Shown here piece after piece: positions 40,342-51,604 of a DNA stretch of 58,790 nucleotides. The stretch is from NCBI RefSeq assembly GCF_044704955.1, contig NW_027254618.1, forward strand, positions 186,001-244,790, given 5' to 3'. A program made the translations under genes and the position numbers. This stretch comes from Pristiophorus japonicus (lineage: Eukaryota). The notes under the pieces are model-generated. The model was not told where the DNA came from. It ran no database searches and worked only from the letters and a program-made list of their open reading frames with translations. The stretch's first letter is position 1. Each line of letters begins with the position of its first letter.

Positions 40342-41672
40342 TTATCCCTTCTGGAGGGATGCAGGGAGCGAACTTGTGATTGGTCACTCTGTCGTGGATT
40401 TCATTGGCCGTTTCCGATGACCAATCACAGCCTGTCTAGTCCACCAATGAAAGGAGGGCGGAAATTACTGGTTTCCCAACAGCCAGAACCTAACGATTTT
40501 TTAAATTCAAAAATCCCGCCAATAATTGTGAAAATTGCGGATTGAGTTAGTAACTTCACCATTAGCCAAATACTTCAAAACACTTTTTGTTTCCTTTTGT
40601 CTTATTCCATATTTCCCTTGCAAATTCCAGCCTGTAACAATTAGGATTAAATTCGGCTTCAGCTTCAAACTGTCTGTAACGGGCGGGACTCAGTCCCCAC
40701 TGATTCTGTAACAGGACACATTCCAGCTCCATCTTCGTAAAAGTGAACTTGTTTTCACAGGAGCTGCTGTGGGAGTGAGACCAGAACTGAGAGTCCTTCT
40801 GTAAAAAGAGAAGAGGGACAGGGTGTTCAAACTGCCCCTGTTCCAATCTCTAAGAACTCCCATTCTGGGTTGTTACACTGCGGGGAGTCTCGAGTTAATA
40901 AACGGACTGAGCGCAACGGAATAAAAAAAACTCGTGAAAAGGACTTGATTGAGAACGTGACTGAAATCGGAGTTTCCCCGCCCCCCAAAATAAATTCGTC
41001 GGCATGCGCTGTGAATGAACGGGTCTGAGAACAAAGGGAAAGCGACCAGGGACCGTGTTTGTAGTTTACTCACTGCAGGAAATTCCAGCGACGCCAAGGT
41101 CAAGCCGGTCAGTGAAGCTACTTATGAGAATTCAAAACTAAATCTACAGCTGGAACTACAAAGGTTCTCACACACACTTGTTCAGGAAATAATTACAGTA
41201 AATTCAGTCTAAAGGGTGATGTTTGTGCAGCTCTTTCAATGATGTTGTGGGTGGCTCTTAAAAGAGCCGTTGTGTTTGGGGTTTGTTCTGTCAGGACAGC
41301 GTGGAGTTTTACTTGGAGCTGGTGTATTTGGTCACCGCCTTTGACCCTTCCGACACGGCGTGCTTGGTCAGCTCCCCGGGCAGCAGCAGGCGCACGGCGG
41401 TCTGGATCTCCCGGGAACTGATGGTGCGGCGTTTGTTGTAATGGGCCAGGCGGGAAGCCTCACCCGCAATGCGCTCGAAAATATTATTCACAAACGAGTT
41501 CATGATGCCCATGGCCTTGGAGGAGATGCCGGTGTCGGGGTGAACCTGCTTCATCACTTTGTAGATGTAGATAGCATAACTCTCCTTCCTCGAATTTCGG
41601 CGCTTCTTGCCGCCCTTTGGTGATGTTTTTTTGATGACTTTTTTGGCACCCTTTTTCGAAGCTGGTTTCTTT

Positions 41673-41984
41673 TTTTATTATTCGTTGCCAATCTTTCCAA
41701 TTCTTTGTGAGATCATAAACGCCAGAGGTCACCTTGCACCCATCAAGGATCACTCTGCGCCAATGCTCTTAGCCAAAAGGCCTCGAGCCCAAGCACCGTT
41801 CCTGGAAGTACTGCAATATCAGGTTCGTGCCATGGAGGTGGATGGGTCAAGCCCCACACCCACCTCCTATTTCCAAAAAGCATAGGAGAACCACCTTCCT
41901 GATCCAGGGAGAACCACTTTCTGGTCATGGTTATTCCCCTGTCAGGTCAGTTACGCATGATCTTGGCCAAAAAACCGAGAAGCT
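41673..41984 (-). mobile_element. U2/U1 snRNA-derived SINE-like element, copy C (full length)
   Basis: GCTTCTCGGtTTTTGGCcAAGATCA (U2 5'), ACTGACCTGACAGGGGAATAACCATGA..GTGGTTCTCCC (U1 5'), TATTGCAGTACTTCCAGGAACGGTGC (U2 3'), A-rich tail, target duplication. Confidence 0.85.
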
Positions 41985-41993
41985 GGTTTCTTT

Positions 41994-42345
41994 TTTTTTA
42001 AATTCGTAGCCAATCGTTCCAATTCTTTGTCAAATCACAAACGCCAGAGGTCACCTTGGGCCCATTCAAGGATCACTCTGCGCCAATGCTCTTAGCCAAA
42101 AGGCCTAGAGCCACTGCACCGTTCCTGGAAGTACTGCAATACCAGGTTCGTGCCATGGAGGTGGATAGGTCAGGTCCCCCACACACCTCCGTGGAGGTGG
42201 ATGGGTCAAACCACCCCACCCACCTCCTATTTCCAAAAAAGCAAGCATATACCTTCCTGATCCAGGGAGAACCACCTTGGGGTTATGGTGGTTACTCCCC
42301 TGTCAGGTCAGTTACGCATGATCTTAGCCAAAAGGCCGAGAAGCG
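41994..42345 (-). mobile_element. U2/U1 snRNA-derived SINE-like element, copy B (full length)
   Basis: 27 nt identical to vertebrate U2 nt 3-29; U1-like segment; 32/33 match to the U2 3' end; poly(A) followed by AAAAGAAACC. Confidence 0.88.
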
Positions 42346-42354
42346 GGTTTCTTT

Positions 42355-42588
42355 TTTTTTAAAATTCGTAGCCAATCGTTCCAACTCTCCGTCAAATCAC
42401 AAACGCCAGAGGCCACCCTGCACCTGCCAAGGACCACTCTGCGCCAATGCTCCTAGCCAAAAGGCCCAGAGCCACCGCACCGCCCCTGGAAGCACCGCAA
42501 CACCAGGCTCGTGCCATGGAGGTGGACGGGCCAGGTCCCCCACACACCCCCGTGGAGGCGGATGGGCCAACCCTCCCCACCCACCTCG
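42355..42588 (-). mobile_element. U2/U1 snRNA-derived SINE-like element, copy A (5'-truncated, A-to-G hypermutated)
   Basis: Aligns to the 3' ~225 nt of copy B with about 21 A-to-G differences; poly(A) and target duplication. Confidence 0.85.
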
Positions 42589-43177
42589 GGTTTCTTTTCC
42601 TCAGGCATCGTCTTGTTCAGTCGGGTAGATATGAAGGAAATTTTGCTCCGGGCTCGCATTATGTAGGTAGCCCCACACTCCGCCCACAACCTTATGCTAA
42701 TGAGGGATGGGTGAAGGCAATGACTGTGATTGGTTCATTGGCTGCGTTGTCAATTTCCATTGTTCTGTATCTCTCTGATTGGTATCTTTAAACATCCAAT
42801 CAGATTTATTGTTTGCCACAATCTCAAATTCTTAAATTAGGTCATCAATGACATCCCCTCCCGATTTATATTCCGTTTTTGTTTCTATTCTGCTCTCAGG
42901 CAAAAATGGTTAATGACGGCCGGACTTATGAGGAAGGTTCATTCACGTTTTTTTCTATATATACATTCAATAATCTGAACAGCTGTGTTTGTCGATCTAC
43001 ATTTCTACATGTTCGAGACATTGACCGGTTTGTAACCGAGATTTCCTGAGGGTCACTTCTGATCAGGACTTGGGAGTCCTTCTATGAGGGCAAGGGACCC
43101 TCACTGTCCTTCTGCCCTGATGCTGCCTTCCTCCCATCGTTTAATTCAACATCTTTCTTATCTGTCACTGCTGTAAC

Positions 43178-44446
43178 ATGGATGTAACAGTATGGATTTA
43201 TGAAGGGGAAGTCATGTTTGACAAATTTGCTGGAATTCTTTGAGGATGTCACGCACAGGGTGGATAATGGGGAAGTAGTGGATGTGGTGTATTTGGACTT
43301 CCAGAACGCATTTGACAAGGTGCCACATAAAAGGTTACTGACTGCACAAGATAAAAGTTCACGGGGTTGGGGGTAATATATTAGCATGGATAGAGGATTG
43401 GCTAACAAACAGAAACCAGAGAGTGGGGATAAATGGTTCATTCCCGGGTTGGCAATCAGTAACCAAGGGGATGCCACAGGAATCAGTGCTAGGACCCCAA
43501 CTATTTATGATCTATATTAATGACTTGGAAGAAGGGACCGAGAGTAACGCAGCCAAGTTTGCTGACGATACAAAGATAGGAGGAAAAGCAATGGGTGAGG
43601 AGGACACAAATTCTGCAAAAGGACATACAGGCTAAGTGAGTGAGCAAGGATTTGGCAGATGGAGTATAATATTGGAAAGTGTGAGGTCATGCTCTTTGAT
43701 TTGTGCAAGTGCAAGTTATTATTTCAATGGTGAAAGATTGCAAAGTGCTGCAGTTCAGCGGGACCTGGGGGTACTTGTGCATGAAACACAAAAGGTTAGT
43801 ATGCAGGTACAGCAAGTGATCAGGAAGGCCAATGGAATCTGGCTTTTATTGCAAAGGGGATGGAGTATAAAAGCAGGGAAGTCTTGCTACAGTTGTACAG
43901 GGTATTGGTGAGGCCACACCTGGAATACTTCATGCAGTTTTGGTTTCTATATTTACAAAAAGGATATACTTGCTTTGGAGGCAGTTCAGAGAAGTTTCAC
44001 AAGGTTGATTCCAGAATGAGGGGGTTGACTTGAGGAAAGGTAGAGTAGGTTGGGCTTCTACTCATTGGAATTCAGAAGAATGAGAGGTGATCTTATCGAA
44101 ACATATAAGATTATGAGGGGGCTTAACAAGGTGGATGCAGAGAGGATGTTTCCACTGCTAGGGGAAACTAGAACTAGAGGGCTTAATCTTAGAATAAGAG
44201 GTCGCCCATTTAAAACTGAGATGAGGAGAAATTTCTTCTCTGAGGATTGTGAATCTGTGGAATTCGCTGCCTCAGAGCTGGGACATTGAATAAAATTAAG
44301 ACAGAAACAGACAGTTTCTTAATAAGGGAATATGGGGCAGGGAAGTAGACCAGAGTCCATGATCGTATTAAATGGCGGAGCAGGCTCGAGGGGCCGTATG
44401 GCCTACATTTGCTCCTATTTCTTATGTTTTTATGTTCTTATGTTCT
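43178..44446 (+). mobile_element. CR1 (RT to 3' end) inserted in the H4-H2B spacer
   Basis: YLDFQ.AFDKVPH, SVLGPQLF, KFADDTK motifs; empty site GCTGTAACTACATTAG near 38838; TAAC repeated at both ends. Confidence 0.9.
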
Positions 44447-44719
44447 AACTACATTAGTTTTTTCAGTATTACCTTCATCTGGAATGTCCCGTAAATGTCT
44501 ATGATTTGAAGACTAAAAGGACATTCTGTCCATCGTTTATATGCTGATTTAAAACACCTAACACCACAATACAGATCTTGGCAAAAAACATATCTATACA
44601 GAACAAAATGTAAATCAACGATCTCGCCCCCGTTCCCCAGGTCACTGCTCTCTCTGTGAAGAGGTGGGTGGCTCTGAGAAGAGCCTTTGTGTTGTGTTTG
44701 GGAGAAAGGGTCACGTTAT

Positions 44720-45031
44720 TCAGCCGCCGAATCCATAGAGAGTGCGGCTCTGCTGTTTCAGAGCGTACACCACATCCATGGCAGTGACAGTCTTGCGCTT
44801 GGCGTACTCAGTGTCGGTGACCGCATCCCTGATCACATTCTCCAGAAAAACCCTCAGCACCCCGCGGGTTTCCTCGTAGATCAGGCCCGAGATCCGCTTG
44901 ACACGGCCACGGCGAGCCAGGCGGCGGATGGCTGGTTTGGTGATGCCCTGGATGTTATTACGGAGCACTTTATGGTGCCGTTTGGCTCTGCCTTTACCCA
45001 GTCCTTTGCCTCCTTTACCTCCTCCAGCCAT
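44720..45031 (-). pseudogene. H4: Divergent histone H4 (open ORF, 11 substitutions)
   Basis: S1A,R3G,G14R,R19H,D24N,G42R,K59R,Y72D,H75Y,R92Q,G94S; stem-loop near 44670-44685; upstream sequence is H2A-promoter-like. Confidence 0.8.
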
Positions 45032-45965
45032 GATGATTCTTTACTGAAATTGCCGCTGAATGTTAATCTCTCGCCTTACCCATTGTCTGCTGAGACCACC
45101 AATGAAACGACGGCGGAAATTCCTGTCCTCAACAGTCACACCTCGAACGATTTTTAATTTCAAAAACACCGCCAATAATTTTTTAAAGTGCGGATTATGT
45201 TAATAAATGCACCATTAGCCAAAGGTTTACAAACAGGTTTTACTTCCTTTTATTTTATTCCATATTTCCCTTACTAATTCCAGGCTGTTACAATCAAAAT
45301 TAAATTCGCGTTCACTGTCAATCTGTCTGTAACGGACGGCAATCAATCCCCACTGATTCTGTAACAGGACACATTCCAGCTCAAACTGTGTAAAAGTTGG
45401 GAATCACAAATCATGGATTGATCTTCCGCACAGGCGGGAGTGAGACCAGAACTGGGAGCCCTTATGTGAAAAGGGAAGAGGGATAGAGTGTTCACACTGC
45501 TCCCGTTCTGGTCTCTGTACGAACTCCCATTCTGGGTTTTTACATTGCAGGGAGTCCCGAGTTAATAAACAGATTGACCGTAACAGGAATTGAAAAATAA
45601 ATTTGTAAAGGGCTTGCGAGAGAATGAGGTGACTGAAATCTGAGCCTCATTTCCTAAACAAGCTCTTAATTCCTCGGCAGGCGCTGTAAATGGGAACGAG
45701 CGACAAGGAATCGTGTTTGTAGCTTGAATGGCGGGAAATTCAACAGCAGTCCTAACGTCGAACCAGACAGTGAAGCTGCTTATGAGAATTCAAAACTAAC
45801 TCCACAGCTGGAACTGCAAAGGTTCCCAAACACACTTGTTCAGGAAATAATTACAGTAAATTGAGTCTAAAGGGTGATGCGCTTTAGGTCTTTCAGAGAG
45901 GTTGTGGGTGGTTCTTAAAAGAGCCGTTGTGTTTTTGGTTTGTTCTCTCAGGACAGCATGGAGTT

Positions 45966-46910
<945 letters not shown>

Positions 46911-46964
46911 GATATGTTTCAATAGTGAAACAGCATTTGATCCTACCGCTCTGTGTGGCTGTAA

Positions 46965-48270
46965 GATTCACAATGTAACTCAGCCACTTCGGATCACTGT
47001 TGGACTGACAGCTTCTGCTGCCTGCGATAACAGGATTGAGGTCAGTTCTGTGTCTCTGCGCTCTGAGTGATAATGTACTTACTGTATGCGAGAAGGAGCT
47101 GCCTGCACTTTGTCTTGTGTTCTGGATGGAAGAAATATCATTTTATACTGGCTCAATGAAGTATTTTGCTTTGAGAATAATAATACCAGAAAAATATTAG
47201 TTATGATATGGACAACTGATGGGGAAAATATAAAATAAAGTTGCAATGAATGTATATGTTTATAATAAAGTAAAATATCTGGAGAGAGGAAACCGTGATA
47301 CAAACAGTGTCCTTGTCTGACCTCACTGCAGTACAGCGGCACTCAGATTTTCCACACCAGGTGTGTAGGACGGTTCTATAGAAAGTTATCAGCAACCAGA
47401 CACAACCCAAACCCAGCACTGGTCCATGAATGGGATCACCCGATTAATACAATCAAGGTTTATATCCTCCACTCCCATAGGACTACCTGTAAAATTCTGA
47501 ATCGCTTTCTGGATTATAACCACAGGTACATGGGCTGTACAACAATTGTTCTCAGTCTATTGGAACCGAGTTAAGTGCCTGTGCAGTCAACAGAATGTCA
47601 CAGAGCCCGGATCATGATGTATCGGAGGGAGCAACAATGTATCTCTCGATCACCTTCAACACGGTTCTGGAGAACTCAACGCACCAAAACAAAATGACCA
47701 AATTTGAAATGTCTACTTTCTGTCCTGGTGCCTGCAATAGATACACTTTGTGACACTCCTCACATCCTCACTGTCAGGCTGTGTTTCCACTGTTCAATGT
47801 CCAAGAAGGGCAGACACGGTGAGATTGGGACTGAATCAGGAACATTCACTACTGGTTTGGTGACAGAAACCAGCAATGATTTGAAAGAGTGTGGTGATTA
47901 ACTTTCTCTGTTACCTTACACTGTACACACACAGCCCGGGATATCTCCGCTCCCTTCCCCCACTCACTCCACGTTCCCGAACTACTTTCTGCTCCATTCT
48001 GCCTCTTACAAACAGCCCCCGATTCCCTGACACAAAGCCCATTTGCGGACACAGTCCCAACGCGATGAGCTGCTGTAAGGTGGCTGCTGTTTGCTCCCTT
48101 ACACTGGCCCGGGATATCTCCGCTCCCTGATGTGTTCAATGATTATCAGCCCAGCACAGAGGAAATGGCAGCCACAGGCAGAGTTGGGGGAGGGGAGGTC
48201 GCATAGGCCCTTCCCGTCGGTTTAAACACTGGGCGGGGAGACGAGTGGCCGGGGGCGGGGGGGCAGCAGG
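46965..48270 (-). other. Repeated non-coding module, copy 2
   Basis: Colinear with 54745-56680; GTAAGT donor on - at 47077-47082. Confidence 0.65.
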
Positions 48271-48351
48271 CAAGTATTTCAATGCTCGAGTGTGAAGTTT
48301 GGAGGTGGATCTGGAAGCTCAGAGGCCGCTGTCTCTGTTCAATCTGTCACC

Positions 48352-48672
48352 CTGTATTGTTCAGACTATGGGATGTGAGTCTGTGTTTTACATTGTATAG
48401 TTCAGACTATGGGATGTGAGTGTGTGTTTTACACTGTATAGTTCAGACTATGGGATGTGAGTGTGTGTTTCACACTGTATTGTTCAGACTATGGGATGAG
48501 AGTGTGTGTTTTACACTGTATAGTTCAGACTATGGGATGTGAGTGTGTGTTTTACACTGTATATTTCAGACTATGGGATGTGAGTGTGTGTTTCACACTG
48601 TATTGTTCAGACTATGGGATGTGAGTGTGGGTTTTACACTGTATTGATCAGACTATGGGATGTGAGTGTGTT
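48352..48672. repeat. Homogeneous 41-bp tandem repeat, about 8 copies
   Basis: Unit TTCAGACTATGGGATGTGAGTGTGTGTTTTACACTGTATAG. Confidence 0.93.
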
Positions 48673-48689
48673 GTTAAATTTTATATGAA

Positions 48690-49683
48690 TGGAAAAGCCG
48701 AATGTTTAAAAGAAGAGAGACTAGTAAATGTAGTTATTCAGGGGGATTTGAGTATCATTGTACACGAATCACATAGTTAACTTGCAGCTACTGCAAGCAA
48801 TTAGGAAGGTAAAGGATATGTTGGCCTTTATTACAAGGGGTTTGGAGTATAAGAGTAAAGAAGTGTGGCTGCAATTATGTCGGGCTTTGGTGAGACCACA
48901 CCTGGATTACTGGGCACAGTTTTGGTCTCAGTGCCTAAGGAAGGATATTAGAGGGGGTGCAACATTGAATCCTGGGATAGAGAGATTGAGTGAAATGCAC
49001 CTATACACTCTGGAGTTTAGAAGAATGAGAGCTGAGCTCATTGAAACCTAAAAAAAAAATCTTAGAAGGCTTGACAGGGTAGGTGCTGTGAGGATGTTTC
49101 CCTTTGCTGGATAGTCTCGATCTAGGGGGTCATAGAAACATAGAAAATAGGTGCAGGAGTAGGCCATTCGGCCCTTCTAGCCTGCACCGCCATTCAATGA
49201 GTTCATGGCTGAACATGCAACTTCAGTACCCCATTCCTGCTTTCTCACCATACCCCTTGATCCCCCTAGTAATAAGGACTTCATCTAACTCGTTTTTGAA
49301 TATATTTAGTGAATTAGCCTCAACAACTTTCTGTGGTAGAGAATTCCACAGGTTCACCACTCTCTGGGTGAAGAAGTTCCTCCTCATCTCGGTCCTAAAT
49401 GGCTTACCCCTTATCCTTAGACTGTGTCATAGTCTCAGGATAAGGGATCAGGCACTTAGGACTGAGATGAGGAGAAATATATTCACTCAGAGGGATGTGA
49501 ATCCTTGGAATTCTATACACATAGGTCTGAGACACTCATTGAGTATATTCAAGACAGAGAACAAAGGGAATCAAGGGAAATGGGTATCAGGCAGGAGTTC
49601 AGGGTGAAGTTCAGCCATGAATGTAATGAATTGCGGAGCAGGCTCGAGCGGCCTTACTGCCTGCTATTTCTTATTTTCTTATA
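48690..49683 (+). mobile_element. Old CR1 with a young inverted CR1 3' end nested at 49136-49425
   Basis: RPHLDYWAQFWS motif; GTCATAG duplicated at 49129-49135 and 49426-49432. Confidence 0.85.
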
Positions 49684-51603
49684 GCTGTCAGTATCTGGTA
49701 TGTGAGTGTTGTTCTTTCTTCAGTTTTTGGTGGGCAAAAGTGGGTTTTATTATACACCATGTCAGCTTCTGGAATATGACTGCGAGTTCCACTCTGTTTT
49801 TGCCTGTCTCCAGGATGCGAGTGTGGATTTTCCTATGTACCTGTCGGTCTCTGGTATGTCAATGCAGGTATTACCCTGCACCTGTCAGTTTCTCGTATGT
49901 GATTGGGGATTTATTCTGTACTTGTCATTTTCTGAATTTGTAACATGGGTTTTCCTCTGTACCTGCCAGTTTCTGGGATGTGAGTGTTAATTCTTTCTGA
50001 TTCTGTCTGTTTCCGGTATAGGAATGTAGGTAAAACTCTGTAGTTCTCAGTCTCTGGGATGTGAGTGTGCGTTTTACTCTATCAGTCAGTCTTCGGTATG
50101 TGAGTGTGGGTTTTATTCTATAGCTGTCCTTCTCTGCTGTGCGAGTGTGATTTTACACTTTATCATTCAGACTCTGGTATGTGAGTGGGGTTTTATTCTG
50201 TACCTGTCATTTTCTGATATGTTAACGTGGGCTTTAATCAGAACCTGCCAGTTTCTGATATGCGAGTGTGGATTTTAGCCTGTATCTGTCAGTTTATGAT
50301 ATGTGAGAGTGGGTATCTCTCATTGTCTTTTATGTAAGTGTAAGTTTTACTCTGTATTGCTTAGTCTTGGATATGGGAGTACAGAATTTGCTCTATGGTT
50401 GTCTGTCTGTGTGATGCAAGTGTAGATTTTACTCTGTATCTGTTAGTCTCTGATGTGAGAGTGAGAGTTTTACTCTGTCAGTTTCTGGTATGCAAGTGTG
50501 ATTTTCTTCTATCATTCAGGCTCTGGGATGAAAGTGAGAGTTTTACTCTCTGTTAATATCTGCGACGTGAGTCTGGGTTGTCCTCTGTAACTTTCATTTT
50601 CTCAAATCTGAGTTGGGTTTTATTTTGTACCTGTTAGTTTCTAGTATATGAATAGGGGTTTTAATCTGTACCTGTCAGTATCTGCTGTGATAGTGCTGCT
50701 TTTGTGCTGTATCTGTCAGTTTCTGATATGTGAGTCTGTTTTAATCTGTACCTGTTAGGTTGTGGTACGTGAGCGTGTGTTTGTTTGACTCTGCATCGAT
50801 CAGTATCTTTTATGTGGCTGTTGATTTTGCTCTGTAGTTGTCACTCTCTGGGATGTGAATGTGGGTTTGACTCTGTAGCTGTCATTTTCTTATGTGTGAG
50901 TGTGTCATAGACTGTATGTGTCACTCTATGGTGTGAGTGTGGGCTTTACTCTGTATCTGTCAGTTTTTGGAATGTGAGTTTGGTTTTAATCTTTACCTGT
51001 CAATTTCTGGTATTTGTCTGTTGTTGTTACACTCCAACCGTTAGTTTCCAGGATGTGATTGTGTATTTTAATCAGTACCTGCCAGTTTCTTGTACCGGAG
51101 TGTGGATATTAGTCATATCTTCCAGTCTCTGGTATGTGAGTGTGTGTTTTACTTTATAGCTGTCTGACTCTGGGATGCAAGTGTACATTTTATTCTGTAT
51201 CTATTGGTTTACAGAATGTGTTAACAAAAGCTGAAGGGTACAGAATAAAAGTTATGTGAATATCCATTTTACTCTGCACCAGTCACTTTCCAATAGGTGT
51301 GTGTGGATTTTAACCTAGATCTGCCAGTCAGTCAGTCTGTTACCATATGTGATTGTGATTCAATCGCAATCTGTCATTCACTGTACCCGAGTGTATGTAT
51401 CATTATGTGTGTCTCAGTCTCTAGCACTGTTTGTGGGTGTGGGGTCCATTCTGTGTCTCTCAGTCCCTGGCACTGTTTGTGGGTATGGGGTTCATTCTGT
51501 AACTGTCAGTTTCTGTTACTGTTTGAGAGTGTGAGATTGATTATGTATCTGTTAGACTGGTGATGTGTGTGAGTGTGAGATTCATTATGTAATTGACAGT
51601 CTC
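49684..51603. repeat. Degenerate 41-bp satellite
   Basis: Recurrent TCTGTACCTGTCAGTTTCTGGTATGTGAGTGTG variants. Confidence 0.85.
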
Positions 51604-51604
51604 T

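Larger units (their letters stand above)
41309..42608 (-). pseudogene. H2B: Histone H2B copy 2, interrupted after MPEEKKP by three SINE copies
   Basis: ATG at 42608; frame resumes at 41663 as [10 protein letters not shown]..; promoter and stem-loop paralogous to the 38007 copy; several substitutions. Confidence 0.92.

Noticed and set aside
42004-42014. TCGTAGCCAAT match to U4 snRNA on the + strand of the SINE tail
   Set aside because: Only 11 nt and antisense to the element; compatible with chance
41673-42345. Functional U1 or U2 snRNA genes
   Set aside because: Only fragments in chimeric order, key pairing motifs altered, poly(A) tails and target duplications present, no snRNA promoter seen
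41664-42598. An intron in H2B
   Set aside because: No GT..AG boundaries; ends are direct repeats with poly(A)
47079-47419. Hydrophobic ORFs in the repeated module as a membrane-protein exon
   Set aside because: Reading frame is not conserved between the three copies
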